Part shown: one piece after another, positions 9,400 to 19,645 of the stretch
How positions within the stretch are numbered: position 1 is the first letter of the stretch
Layout of the letters: each line of letters opens with the position of its first letter
Virus record (IMG/VR): IMGVR_UViG_3300043775_000777
Coordinates: 26,683 to 90,682 of that record
From: a virus
Length of the DNA: 64,000 bases
Direction: 5' to 3' (one strand)
Position numbers and translations under genes: made by a program
The notes under the pieces: generated by a model
Told to the model about the DNA's origin: nothing
Database searches by the model: none
Seen by the model: only the letters and a program-made list of their open reading frames with translations

Positions 9400-9786
9400 T
9401 TAATCTACTTTAATAAATTTACTGATATCAGGTCTGAAGTATCCCGGACCTTTTAATATCTTTCCATCTTCTCTAAGAATAGGTTTACCATCTTCACCTA
9501 GCTTGCTCATATTACTTTCTTGTATTTCATCAAATACGTCTGTTATAATATGCTGCATACCATGTTTAAGTATAGTACCGCATAATATATATAGCTTATC
9601 ACCTAATGCATCTGCTATATCTACTAATGAGTTTTTGTGACATGCATCAAGATACTCATCATTCTCTTCAGCCATCAGTCTATGTCTCAGCACTACTTCA
9701 TCTTTCTCAAGATTCTGTGGCCATTGACCATCTATTTGATTAAAGGCTCTATGAAATTCTGCTACTGCTTTTAATTGTTTTTCCAT
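9400..9786 (-). CDS. MazG-like all-alpha NTP pyrophosphohydrolase
   Basis: EExxEY...DIADALGDxLY motif and GKILKG tail. Confidence 0.8.
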   Translation of the reverse strand: MEKQLKAVAEFHRAFNQIDGQWPQNLEKDEVVLRHRLMAEENDEYLDACHKNSLVDIADALGDKLYILCGTILKHGMQHIITDVFDEIQESNMSKLGEDGKPILREDGKILKGPGYFRPDISKFIKVD

Positions 9787-9797
9787 GTTGTAAATTT

Positions 9798-9830
9798 AAA
9801 AAAATAGGGGACACATTGCTGCATCCCCTA
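9798..9830 (-). terminator. Intrinsic terminator
   Basis: TAGGGGA...TCCCCTA stem followed by a U-tract on the - strand. Confidence 0.65.
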
Positions 9831-9871
9831 TTACTATTATTAACCCTAATCATTCATGATGAAAAGGTTCT

Positions 9872-11038
9872 TTAGAAAAAGTCTGGAATATTTCCAGAGT
9901 CTTCTTCAGGTTCTTCAGAAACAAAATCCAAATCAAAATCTGCTGAATTATTTGTTTCTTTCTTTTCTTCTACAGGCATAATCAAATCTAGATTAGCTTC
10001 TTCTGCTTTATATTCAAAAGCATCATTCTCAAACTCAGGTGCAGGCATTTGAGGAATATCCTCATCATCTTCTGGATCTGGTTCTGGAATAACTGGAGCT
10101 TCAAATGTGTTACCTGCAGGATCAGTATAGTGTATTACTTCATCATTCACCCATGGTACTTCTTCTTCTGTAACTTCAATAGTATCTTCTTCAACAAATG
10201 AATCTTCTACAGCTTCAGTTTCCTCTAGAATGATTTCTTCTGACTGGTGCAGATCATCTGCACAGTTATCTTCTTCTTGCACCACTTGATTATCAGGCAC
10301 TTGTGTAACTGGAGCAGTAGCCGGTGCAAAATTACATATGGTCCCTATAAAGTAATGTAAGATTCTTTGATCTTCCATCCAAGTTTTAGGATGTGAATGC
10401 TGTAATGAGTTAGTTACAAAGTTATAGAATGCCCACAAGCTGTCTGTGTTAGCAAATACTTGTTGTGGTTTCTTCATTTGATCTCTAATCATACTAGCCT
10501 GCTCAGTAGTAAGAATCTCATACTCTGCAAACAGGACACCCAAAAGCTGTGCTTGTCTTCTTTTGTTCAAGCTTACTCCTTCCATAGAAGCTTTATCAGC
10601 ACATAACTGATTATAATACATATGTGCATTAGAAATATATTGGTCTATAGTATCTTTTACTTCAGTATCTGCAGTACCAGTATGCTTTCTAACCCAGCTA
10701 CCTATATCCCCGGAGATCATTACTGATCCACTCTGATTGATATAAGCACCAACTACACATTTAAATTTCACTTGTTTGTTATAACTGTTTGTCCATGCAA
10801 ACATCATAGACAACTCAGGATCCTGATTGAAGTTCAATCTATAGATACCTTGAGCTATTTGCCCGTCAGCAGTACATCTGTACTCCTCTTCTACAATTCC
10901 AAAGCCTGCAGTAGCAAGAGCTTGGTATGCATAATCCATTACAAATTGGTGGCTAATTACAGTATAACTAGCACCATGGTTTGGTAAAGGCACACTAACT
11001 AGGTGCGCCTTTGTTGTGTTCTGTATTTTCTTTGGCAT
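9872..11038 (-). CDS. DUF932-like protein with long acidic C-terminal tail
   Basis: YTVISH...WTNSYNKQVKF...G...RKHTG pattern of DUF932; the last ~140 aa are D/E-rich. Confidence 0.65.
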   Translation of the reverse strand: MPKKIQNTTKAHLVSVPLPNHGASYTVISHQFVMDYAYQALATAGFGIVEEEYRCTADGQIAQGIYRLNFNQDPELSMMFAWTNSYNKQVKFKCVVGAYINQSGSVMISGDIGSWVRKHTGTADTEVKDTIDQYISNAHMYYNQLCADKASMEGVSLNKRRQAQLLGVLFAEYEILTTEQASMIRDQMKKPQQVFANTDSLWAFYNFVTNSLQHSHPKTWMEDQRILHYFIGTICNFAPATAPVTQVPDNQVVQEEDNCADDLHQSEEIILEETEAVEDSFVEEDTIEVTEEEVPWVNDEVIHYTDPAGNTFEAPVIPEPDPEDDEDIPQMPAPEFENDAFEYKAEEANLDLIMPVEEKKETNNSADFDLDFVSEEPEEDSGNIPDFF

Positions 11039-12943
11039 TTAAAATAATTTTAATTGATTTCTATTTGGCTCTAATCCAGCTATCTCTTTCTTTATCTTAT
11101 CTAGATAATAGCTTAGATTAATCTTGTAATCATCAAATGGTTTTTCTTCATGGTCAATATAAATAGTCTGCATCCATTGGCCGGATTCTATTTGAGTTTC
11201 TCTACCATCAAACAAGTTAGTCTTAATAACCTTACAGCCGGAGTTAGATACATAATATCTAATAGTATCCTGCAGTTTAGTCTTTTCATACTCACCGTTA
11301 ACAATAGCATGTGAATAAAACTCCCAGTCACCTTTTATCTTTTTACCACCACAATAATCAAATATGTTTTGGTTTTGTTTTAGATAATCTTCAGGCTCAA
11401 TACCATCTACAAAATATGCATGCAGAGCTTTAGGAACTATCAGGAAACTTTTATTCTTATGCAACGCCAGGTTTTCATACTCAAATCTACCTTTACATTT
11501 AGACTTACCATCTTCAGTAACTGCTATGTAGTTATTTACATCACCCAATACAAACTTAGAATACTTATCATGTTCCAGTTGTAAATTAGTAATCCTTTCC
11601 CATTCTGCACATATCTCCATATACTTATCTACTTTGTCTCTTGGAATCAGAGTTTCCAAACCATCTGTATTCTGAGCTAGCGGTACAGATCCTGGTATAC
11701 CTTCAGTAAGCATTTCATAGAGTAGAGTTAGACTCAACTGACCATTAATGGTAATCCTCATGGTAAACTCTGGATCATATAGAAAACTATTCTCATCATT
11801 ACTGAGTCCATAAGTTGAATTAAGAATAATCTTATATACATAATTCTTAGGATCCTTCTTAGGTATCTTCTTTCTTTCTTCAAAAAACCACTCATATAGT
11901 TCACAAAAATCTGCTTGTGGTAAATGTCCCGGAGCCCATCCATTTCTAATAGCTAGATTAGGATAGAAACTAGTAACATCTGAAGTCATAATAACCATAT
12001 CTTCAGTAGACTCATACACTCTACTAGTTCTAGCACCATGGATACCACCAAGACCATAATCAGTTTTAACTCCTCTATACTGTACTGAATACTTGAATCC
12101 TCCTTTAGTTTCACCTGGATAGATAACAACTTCCCTAAATTTCTTTAACAGGTTTTGAAATGTAGCTGTCTTGAATTCTATATAAGGTAGTATGATATCA
12201 TTAACAACAATCTGAGGTCTATGAGTTCTCATCTGTCTCAGTTCATATTTTTTTATACCAGTCTGTTTACTCAAGAAATGTAGAAATAACTCTTTAGATA
12301 TCCGGGGCTCAGAGGCTGAGAATAAATCAATGTTATACTCTTCAGTCAAAGCTTTCCTAAGATTAATCTGCTCTTTACTAAGCTGCATAATCTGTTTAGT
12401 AGACCTAACATCATTAATACAGTAATTGATAATATCCGGAATCTGTTCTGCTTCTACTTCAGTAGTATGATGAATAGGCATATCTATGATATTCTTCCAA
12501 TCCATTGTATACTGAATCCATTTTAAACTAGATCTCTTAGCTGGATTATCCCAGTGGTTAAGTTTAAATACATCTACCTGTCTAATACTTAAATCTCTAG
12601 GACTGAATTCTAAGAACTCTCCATCACTCTGTCTTCTGATTACATCTTGTGCTTTAGAATATACAAACCTGGCAATCTCATCACCGGTCATATCAAGTAA
12701 ATCATGACCCTTAGCTAAACAATGCTCAGTGATTTGACTGTCAAATCCTAAACCATTAAAGCTAACATGCCATTCATTATTATTTACATTATGCATTAAG
12801 AAAGTTAAGAAAGGAACAATGTCATTTCTAGACTCATGCATTACAAATATCTCTCTGTCTTCAGATTTTATATCTTCAAACACAGCAATGAAACAATTTT
12901 GTAAAGTTTCATAATCATGTACATAGTGTGTTTTCATACCCAC
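11039..12943 (-). CDS. polB: Family B DNA polymerase (likely ATG start at 12937)
   Basis: Exo I DYE motif, DVTSFYPN, KIILNSTYG and NTDG motifs. Confidence 0.93.
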   Translation of the reverse strand: MGMKTHYVHDYETLQNCFIAVFEDIKSEDREIFVMHESRNDIVPFLTFLMHNVNNNEWHVSFNGLGFDSQITEHCLAKGHDLLDMTGDEIARFVYSKAQDVIRRQSDGEFLEFSPRDLSIRQVDVFKLNHWDNPAKRSSLKWIQYTMDWKNIIDMPIHHTTEVEAEQIPDIINYCINDVRSTKQIMQLSKEQINLRKALTEEYNIDLFSASEPRISKELFLHFLSKQTGIKKYELRQMRTHRPQIVVNDIILPYIEFKTATFQNLLKKFREVVIYPGETKGGFKYSVQYRGVKTDYGLGGIHGARTSRVYESTEDMVIMTSDVTSFYPNLAIRNGWAPGHLPQADFCELYEWFFEERKKIPKKDPKNYVYKIILNSTYGLSNDENSFLYDPEFTMRITINGQLSLTLLYEMLTEGIPGSVPLAQNTDGLETLIPRDKVDKYMEICAEWERITNLQLEHDKYSKFVLGDVNNYIAVTEDGKSKCKGRFEYENLALHKNKSFLIVPKALHAYFVDGIEPEDYLKQNQNIFDYCGGKKIKGDWEFYSHAIVNGEYEKTKLQDTIRYYVSNSGCKVIKTNLFDGRETQIESGQWMQTIYIDHEEKPFDDYKINLSYYLDKIKKEIAGLEPNRNQLKLF

Positions 12944-13032
12944 TTGTTCAGTTAAGCTGTTCCCCCGTTTAATTTGTACATAAAAAAAGAGGGTAGTCTC
13001 TCCTCCACCCTCCCTTTTAATTTAGAAGAACG

Positions 13033-13455
13033 CTACTTTGTAGCTTTTTTACTTGGGGTTTCTGATTCACCCAAGAATTTTTTGTAATCAAACTTCTTTG
13101 CATTTACTGCAAATAAAGATATAACATCTTCCATAGCTGCTTTGTCTTCTACATAGAACTCTTGGAATACTTCAATCTTATGTCTTTCTTCTCTAAAGTT
13201 TCTACCATTAGGTCTTGCATGCTTAACTGCAATTGGATCACCATTGTCATCCATTTTAGGTAACATATGCAAAGCTTGCTTAGTTAACTTAGAAATTATT
13301 ACAAAGACTTTAGTATCCGGATCAAAGATACATTCTACATAAGGACATGAATCCGCTATAGGGATCATTCTAAAAGTTTGCTTGTCATTCCAAGTAGCTT
13401 GGATAAGCATCATTGTGTTTTCACTCATCTGTTGGTTTTTAAAAATGTTTTGCAA
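13033..13455 (-). CDS. Hypothetical protein
   Basis: 140-aa ORF, co-oriented, followed by a hairpin and U-tract at about 12982-13013. Confidence 0.7.
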   Translation of the reverse strand: MQNIFKNQQMSENTMMLIQATWNDKQTFRMIPIADSCPYVECIFDPDTKVFVIISKLTKQALHMLPKMDDNGDPIAVKHARPNGRNFREERHKIEVFQEFYVEDKAAMEDVISLFAVNAKKFDYKKFLGESETPSKKATK

Positions 13456-13456
13456 A

Positions 13457-14023
13457 TTAATCTAGAATTTTTATATTTTCCAAATCTCCCACTCCAATTA
13501 ACAACTTTTCTTTTTCTAGATCAGGCTTACTACAAAGTTCACCTACAGATCTGAGTAGATCAGTTGATACCGCTAGTATATCTGCATATTGTTTGAAATA
13601 AAATTCTGGATACAGATAGCTTTTAATATAATTATGATTAGCTCCATTATTATTAAAATATCTTAATATCCTTTGCTTTAAATGATCTTGTATTTGGCTA
13701 TAACTACCATTTACAACATGATTCCAATCATTCTTTAAATCAGAAAAATTAAATATCAGTACACTTGCTGAGTCATCAATCTTAATATAATCATCCAGTC
13801 TTGTATGTCTAATGAGTGTTTGTGCCTCAAATAGCATATAGTCTGGATCATCTTTAGTTTGATAAACGCATACAAGTTTTGCATCCTCAGTGGTGTATTT
13901 ATCTCCCCAACTCAAATAAGTTTCAGTTGGTAGAGCTTTAGCACCTCTTGGTATATCTAAGAGCGGATACAAAAAGATCTTAGATTTCTGGAAATACTTC
14001 CGGTAAATTTCATTTAAAGCCAT
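13457..14023 (-). CDS. Hypothetical protein
   Basis: 188-aa ORF tightly packed in the operon. Confidence 0.75.
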   Translation of the reverse strand: MALNEIYRKYFQKSKIFLYPLLDIPRGAKALPTETYLSWGDKYTTEDAKLVCVYQTKDDPDYMLFEAQTLIRHTRLDDYIKIDDSASVLIFNFSDLKNDWNHVVNGSYSQIQDHLKQRILRYFNNNGANHNYIKSYLYPEFYFKQYADILAVSTDLLRSVGELCSKPDLEKEKLLIGVGDLENIKILD

Positions 14024-14028
14024 AGATA

Positions 14029-15075
14029 TTAAAGTTTTACATTACCCAATGCTAGCTCATATGGCAAATCATATCTTCTGTTTTCATAGTGCCACTTAAT
14101 CTTTTGCACTATATCATCAAATGATTCTGACCATTTAGCTAGTGTTTCTGAAGAAACCTGGTAAGGATAAACTTGATTGTACTTATCAATTACTATAAAA
14201 GTAACTTGTACATTCCAATCATCAGTAATACTAAACTTTTCCTTAGCTAACAGTACATAGATAATAGCTTGTATCCAATATCTATAATACTCCACAGAGT
14301 CAGGAAAGTCTTGTATTGACTTACCAAGAGTCTTTAAGTCATTAATAAAGATAGTTTTTGAGTTATGATCAACAACTACATTGTCAAGGACACCGTGGAA
14401 ACCAAAAGGTAAATTGTCTGTTTCAGCTTTTACAAACAACTCATTGTAAGCTTCAATAGATTTGTCTTCTACATCTCTGTCTAGTTGTAGCAATGCCCGC
14501 ACATTACTGTTATTCTTTAGTACTTCAACTGAAACTTTACAGCCATCTAAAGTTGGTTGATCTACTGTTGTTTTATCTAGACTAAGTTTAAGAAATTCAA
14601 AATACTCTGTGTTCTCTAATGTCAGAATCTTGTCAAGTCTTTGTTGATCTGTTTTGAGTGTCTGGTAGAGATTAGCTGTGAGTAGCTGTGTGAGTATATC
14701 TTGTGAGTAGTCTGACAAATTTAATGTATTATTTCCAATTGTCAAGTGATATTTAAAAATATTATCAATAATTTTTCTCTGACTATCAGTAGGAAACTTA
14801 CCCGGCATAGTTACAAAATGCTCATCATACTTGTCTGGCTCAAACAAAAGACAGTGCAGAACGCGCCCTCCTACAAGATGCGCGTCTGTACCATCCTCCC
14901 TTTGATTCAAAACATAATGGTTGTAAAACATGACCGGTGAAAACAATAACTTGTTAATACCACTATAGCTGAAGTAAAACTTCTGCCTATAGAACCTTTC
15001 TAGTTCCTCAGAACCAATCAAAGTTTGTATCATCTTGTTCTTTTTGATTGTTATTTGATTCAGATTCCTCAGCAA
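14029..15075 (-). CDS. PD-(D/E)XK exonuclease, RecE/ExoVIII-like (likely start 15033)
   Basis: FSYSGIN, GRVLHCLL, GVLDNV...INDLKT and YxxQAxxY motifs. Confidence 0.8.
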   Translation of the reverse strand: MLRNLNQITIKKNKMIQTLIGSEELERFYRQKFYFSYSGINKLLFSPVMFYNHYVLNQREDGTDAHLVGGRVLHCLLFEPDKYDEHFVTMPGKFPTDSQRKIIDNIFKYHLTIGNNTLNLSDYSQDILTQLLTANLYQTLKTDQQRLDKILTLENTEYFEFLKLSLDKTTVDQPTLDGCKVSVEVLKNNSNVRALLQLDRDVEDKSIEAYNELFVKAETDNLPFGFHGVLDNVVVDHNSKTIFINDLKTLGKSIQDFPDSVEYYRYWIQAIIYVLLAKEKFSITDDWNVQVTFIVIDKYNQVYPYQVSSETLAKWSESFDDIVQKIKWHYENRRYDLPYELALGNVKL

Positions 15076-16324
15076 GTTTACTTATCATTTCTCCTAAAGC
15101 ATAATCTTCTGCTTCAGTAAAAACAGGTCCATCTTCTGATGTTATTAACTCTGACTTAAGTTCATTACTCTCAATTTTAGTAAATGCTTCTTCTATGTCT
15201 TCATTAGGTGATTCAATGTCAGTAGCCACCCCCGCCACCCCTGGAGAGTTATCTTCAGATGGTTCAGGAATAAAGTCATTAACATGTTGATAGATATAAT
15301 TAGTATTTAACTCTTTGAGTAAGTCTTCACTAATAGTAACAGTTTTAACTTTGAAGTAATTAGTGTCTCCATTTCTTCCAATTTCATTAGAATACCTTCT
15401 CATCAAAACATCTAGTTTATCTGTAGTTAAGACATCTTTGTCAATAAGAGATTTGACAATATCATCTATATCAGTACCTAAATAGTTTTTGTTCTTCTTA
15501 AGAAATCCAATAAGAGATTTGAAATTCACATGGTTCTTAGTATGGCAGTTACTTATATCATAACTATGTTCTTTAAACAGCATTTCTAAAAACAGCAAAG
15601 ACTCAACATAATTAGAATTAGCCATAATCTCCATTGCCAAGATATGATTATCATTATCATTACTCTGAAACATTTGGCTTATCTGTTCATACATAGCTTC
15701 ATCTATAATAGTAGCATCATCACCATTTATATGTTTTAGAATAGCCATCTCATCATATACAGTAGCACCTGTCATCTTGTGGCATAAGTCTGCATGATCA
15801 TCATCAATAGCATTATACCACTTAGAAGAATTCATATTATCACTGTGTGATTTTAGAGCTGCATTATCCCCATGTCTAATGTCATTATATACAGAATAAT
15901 CAAACAATACTCTATCTTCTTGATAGTTTTCTAATGCTTCTCGGATGTTTTCTCTGTACCTATCATCCATATACATATTTGGATCATTCATCAACTCATT
16001 GAAGTCTGTAAGATCCATGCTGTATCTCCATACACCACTAGTAATTTTATCCTTTGTATTCTTTGCAGCAAATATGTGTGTTGCTTCATCTATATTTCTT
16101 ACAGTTCTTATCCCATGTTGTAAAGCTAGATCTTTAAGCTTTATTCTTGGAACATTAACTCCCGGTAGAAAATAAAGCTTGTCACCTTTTGTAGGAACAT
16201 ATTCATCAAGATATGTGGGAAACATATCTTCAGTCCTATCTTCCATACAGAATAAAGGTTCTACTTTAATCATTACCTCATTTTGACTTGATTCTACTTC
16301 TGATATTACAATATATCTTTTCAT
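15008..16324 (-). CDS. Hypothetical protein with BRCT-like N-terminal segment and MxxSxDxDNH helical motif
   Basis: GIRTVRNIDEATHIF resembles BRCT; QMFQSNDNDNHILA is shared with 18903-19304. Confidence 0.55.
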   Translation of the reverse strand: MKRYIVISEVESSQNEVMIKVEPLFCMEDRTEDMFPTYLDEYVPTKGDKLYFLPGVNVPRIKLKDLALQHGIRTVRNIDEATHIFAAKNTKDKITSGVWRYSMDLTDFNELMNDPNMYMDDRYRENIREALENYQEDRVLFDYSVYNDIRHGDNAALKSHSDNMNSSKWYNAIDDDHADLCHKMTGATVYDEMAILKHINGDDATIIDEAMYEQISQMFQSNDNDNHILAMEIMANSNYVESLLFLEMLFKEHSYDISNCHTKNHVNFKSLIGFLKKNKNYLGTDIDDIVKSLIDKDVLTTDKLDVLMRRYSNEIGRNGDTNYFKVKTVTISEDLLKELNTNYIYQHVNDFIPEPSEDNSPGVAGVATDIESPNEDIEEAFTKIESNELKSELITSEDGPVFTEAEDYALGEMISKLAEESESNNNQKEQDDTNFDWF

Positions 16325-16336
16325 AGTTTAAAGATT

Positions 16337-16361
16337 AATAAGGGGAGTATTACCTCCCCCT
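16337..16361 (-). terminator. Intrinsic terminator
   Basis: AGGGGAG...CTCCCCCT stem with a downstream U-rich run on the - strand. Confidence 0.55.
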
Positions 16362-16418
16362 ATGTTTGTTTGTAGTTAAATTATTTTTCTTTTAAAGGGT
16401 AACTGCTTGATGCTTCAA

Positions 16419-17588
16419 TTACTTGACAGCCATCTTCACCACGTCCTTATTCATCATAAGTTGTGCAAACTTAACCTTGTTTCCATTGACAATCTCTTTG
16501 ATAATATAGTATCTAAGGTCATCAGTAAATGCATCACAGTCTGTAGTAAGTTTGATTAACCTTTGAGTCATAGTTGCCGGAACAGGTTTAGTGTCTGCAA
16601 ATACCAATGAATAATTTATCAATCTGGTTGCAATCACACTAGATATGTCTGCTCTAAAGTCATCATCTTTACCTACAGCATTTGTTAATGCATTCATTAC
16701 ATATTGCTCATCTTTAGTAAGTGTATCTTCAGGTGAGATAATCTTATCTAACTTGTTGTTAATGAACATAGTAAACATAGAACTAAAGTCTACACCAACA
16801 GAACCCTCACCAATCATTTGAATCAGAGGCAGGTCTGCTTCAAACTTAGGAATAGAGCTAATAGCATTAAAGAAAGTAGTAATAGATCTTGGATTAACTC
16901 TTTGAGTTACCAGCTCCGGATGCATCAACATAAAGTTAATACATCTACCATCAATGTTTGCAGTCTCAGCCCACTTAGCCCATACGTTTACATCATACTT
17001 CAACTCAACAGATACAAATCTTGTCTTCTGAGCTACATCCAAGCTAGTTACATTATAGTCACCATTATCCGGATTAGTAGTCAAGATAACATGCCAGTTC
17101 TTAGGAAGCTTCCATGATACATATTCCTGTCTATCTAAGATCTCCATAGTAGCTTGCATAAATCTATGGTCAGCCCGGGTATAATCATCAAGAATCAAGA
17201 AACCACCTTCACCTTTACCTTGAATCCATTCAGGAGCAGCATGTGACATACGCTTACCAATAACTTTGTAACCTTTCTTAATAGCTGCATCTATCTGAGC
17301 TTCATTAATCCAAGTAGTTTTACCTTCTGCATTCTGTATTTCAAATTCTTTTACAGGAAAACCAACTAAGTCACCTAATTCTTCCAGCTGAGATAAATTC
17401 AGCTTAACAACTTGCATATTCATTTCTTTACCCAACTGCATGATAGCTGAAGTCTTACCAAGACCCGCATCACCCTCAATATTAATAGCTACGGGAACCT
17501 TACCCTCTGCTTGAATATACTGATTGTTGTTAACCATGTGCTTAATAAAGCTCTTTAACTCTTCTACATTCAATTGTACTTGACTCAT
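16419..17588 (-). CDS. MoxR-like AAA+ ATPase
   Basis: Walker A GDAGLGKT, Walker B LILDDYTR, TTNP sensor, LDxAQKTRF arginine finger. Confidence 0.85.
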   Translation of the reverse strand: MSQVQLNVEELKSFIKHMVNNNQYIQAEGKVPVAINIEGDAGLGKTSAIMQLGKEMNMQVVKLNLSQLEELGDLVGFPVKEFEIQNAEGKTTWINEAQIDAAIKKGYKVIGKRMSHAAPEWIQGKGEGGFLILDDYTRADHRFMQATMEILDRQEYVSWKLPKNWHVILTTNPDNGDYNVTSLDVAQKTRFVSVELKYDVNVWAKWAETANIDGRCINFMLMHPELVTQRVNPRSITTFFNAISSIPKFEADLPLIQMIGEGSVGVDFSSMFTMFINNKLDKIISPEDTLTKDEQYVMNALTNAVGKDDDFRADISSVIATRLINYSLVFADTKPVPATMTQRLIKLTTDCDAFTDDLRYYIIKEIVNGNKVKFAQLMMNKDVVKMAVK

Positions 17589-17598
17589 AACTCTTTTT

Positions 17599-18903
17599 TT
17601 ATAATTCTAATTTAATTACTTTACCTGGTAAATCATTATTCATATAGGACTGCTCTGACAAAACCCATAGGATATTCCCTTTTGGTTTTACAGAATAACC
17701 ACATTCACCATCAGTAAAATACACCAGGCTAGTATATTTCTTTAGGTTTTCATTATAATATTCCAGGACGGGATCAAATTCAGTCCCACCTCTTCCGTGT
17801 ATATTCATTTCATGCTTTCCTGTATAAGGTTTGATAGAATGTATTTTAGTATCACACTGTACAATAGTAATATCAACACCGGCTTTATAGATATGATGAA
17901 TCTCATTCATAAACTCTTTCAACTCAGAATCACTTACAGAACCTGAAGTATCTATAGCTAAAAGCATATGTTGTTTCATCTTAATCTTAAGACCCGGATT
18001 GTCAGAGAATCTTCTATTCTCTTTTCTTCTGATCTTCTTGGTAAATACTTTTGTACTAACACCAGTAAATCTACGGATATACCCTCTCCAATCAAACTTA
18101 GGGGCTTCTATTTGTTCTACAATGATAAGACCATCTATCTCACCTGGCACAGTACCCCGTTTCTTAACAGTTTGCTCCTTAGCATCACTAAGCACTTTCT
18201 GTAATTGCTTTTCAATTAACTTTTGCTCAGCTTCAGTAAGATTATCAAACTCTTCCCAGGTACCATGATCAGGAACATTACCCATATCAATATTGTCAAG
18301 AAGATTATCCATTGCTTGATTACCACAAGTACCATTCTTCTCTTTCTCATCTTTAAACTCTTTAAGCTTGTCATAGTAATATCTACAACCTGCTCTAAGT
18401 TCAAGATTCATATCAGCATAGTCTTCTATAAAAATACCTCTACTAGGTGCATTCTTAAGTATCTCAGCTATTTCTTCAGGACTAGCTCCTGTTTCCATAG
18501 CTGCAGACATTTCAAGTTTTAGTTTTTCATTCAATGCTTCATATTCTTCTTTAGAATATTCTCCGCCCGGCAACCAAGACTTTTCAATATACTGATTGAT
18601 TTCCATATCCATTGCAACATTTGCAAGTCTCTTATCACTAAACTTAAAGTAAGTAGTAAGGTGACCAAATGCAATATGAAGCAATTCATGTTTTAATATA
18701 CCAAGCTTTTGTTCTTCATTAAGACCTTCCCAAAAATCAGGATTAATAGCAAGCTGATAATTAATACCATTCTTACTAACCCCGGCAGTAGGAACTCTTT
18801 TAGCATCCCATAGCTTATTCAACATAATGAGAAAGAACCCATAATAGGGCTCCTTCAACATCAGGTCTTTACTAGCTTTACTTAAACTCTGAACTTTGTC
18901 CAT
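17599..18903 (-). CDS. DUF2201-type metallopeptidase-like + vWA domain protein
   Basis: HELLH motif, MIDAS DTSGS, GRGGT and YFTDG motifs. Confidence 0.85.
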   Translation of the reverse strand: MDKVQSLSKASKDLMLKEPYYGFFLIMLNKLWDAKRVPTAGVSKNGINYQLAINPDFWEGLNEEQKLGILKHELLHIAFGHLTTYFKFSDKRLANVAMDMEINQYIEKSWLPGGEYSKEEYEALNEKLKLEMSAAMETGASPEEIAEILKNAPSRGIFIEDYADMNLELRAGCRYYYDKLKEFKDEKEKNGTCGNQAMDNLLDNIDMGNVPDHGTWEEFDNLTEAEQKLIEKQLQKVLSDAKEQTVKKRGTVPGEIDGLIIVEQIEAPKFDWRGYIRRFTGVSTKVFTKKIRRKENRRFSDNPGLKIKMKQHMLLAIDTSGSVSDSELKEFMNEIHHIYKAGVDITIVQCDTKIHSIKPYTGKHEMNIHGRGGTEFDPVLEYYNENLKKYTSLVYFTDGECGYSVKPKGNILWVLSEQSYMNNDLPGKVIKLEL

Positions 18904-19304
18904 TAGTCTTTTAGTTTAATATCTATTTCAAATTTTTCTGTTGGATATCCTAGTTGTCCTAAGAACCCAACCATATCTACTACAAAATTCTCCAAGAACA
19001 ATTCTATTGAATCTTTACTAGATCCATTAGAAGTCATAAGAGATAAACACTTACCACTAGTAAGATTATTATCCCCTAGTGCAGCAGCTTTATTTAACAC
19101 CTTATAAGATTTTGGTGCTTCTTTTTCCCAAGCATCTTTTGGTAACTTAGAAAACTTATACAGCACTAGTAACTCACCAATATATTTTTTGTGGTCAGTA
19201 TTTTCTAATGCTTGAAATGCAATAACATGATTATCCTGATCTTCAGATTTAAGCATGTTTAATAAATTCTTTGTTTCTTCTTTGTCAAATTTTACTTTAC
19301 CCAT
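18903..19304 (-). CDS. Hypothetical helical protein (NMLKSEDQDNH motif)
   Basis: Coupled to the vWA gene; motif shared with 15008-16324 and 27061-27483. Confidence 0.7.
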   Translation of the reverse strand: MGKVKFDKEETKNLLNMLKSEDQDNHVIAFQALENTDHKKYIGELLVLYKFSKLPKDAWEKEAPKSYKVLNKAAALGDNNLTSGKCLSLMTSNGSSKDSIELFLENFVVDMVGFLGQLGYPTEKFEIDIKLKD

Positions 19305-19645
19305 CAGTCTTCAATTTTTAGTGTTTTAATCATCCATATTGTAGGTGTTTCAAGATTATCCACCCATTCTTTTGCACTTGGAATGTATCCATTGCAATCT
19401 TCCTTTACATGCTGTTCACCTATATAACGGACATATACATCTTTACCATCAGAGTTAGTGATTACTTCACCAAATCTTTTCTCACATTCAAATATACCTT
19501 CACTATGATGTCTAAACAGTCTGTGCTTACTATGACCATACCAAGCCTTAGTTTCATCAAACCATTTGTGTATCTCCAAATAATCCAAAGGAGATCCTCC
19601 AAACTTTTTAGCTGAGGATTTTGCATGTTGCCAAGGATGCGCCAT
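19304..19645 (-). CDS. DUF6915-like His-rich protein
   Basis: MAHPxxHAxSS...IHxWFDETK...HRxxRHHxEG...EQHVKED pattern. Confidence 0.7.
   Translation of the reverse strand: MAHPWQHAKSSAKKFGGSPLDYLEIHKWFDETKAWYGHSKHRLFRHHSEGIFECEKRFGEVITNSDGKDVYVRYIGEQHVKEDCNGYIPSAKEWVDNLETPTIWMIKTLKIED

Noticed and set aside
11039-12943. Intein or intron in PolB (also checked TerL)
   Set aside because: Motifs are contiguous, lengths are ordinary, and no intein splice or LAGLIDADG/HNH insertion was seen.
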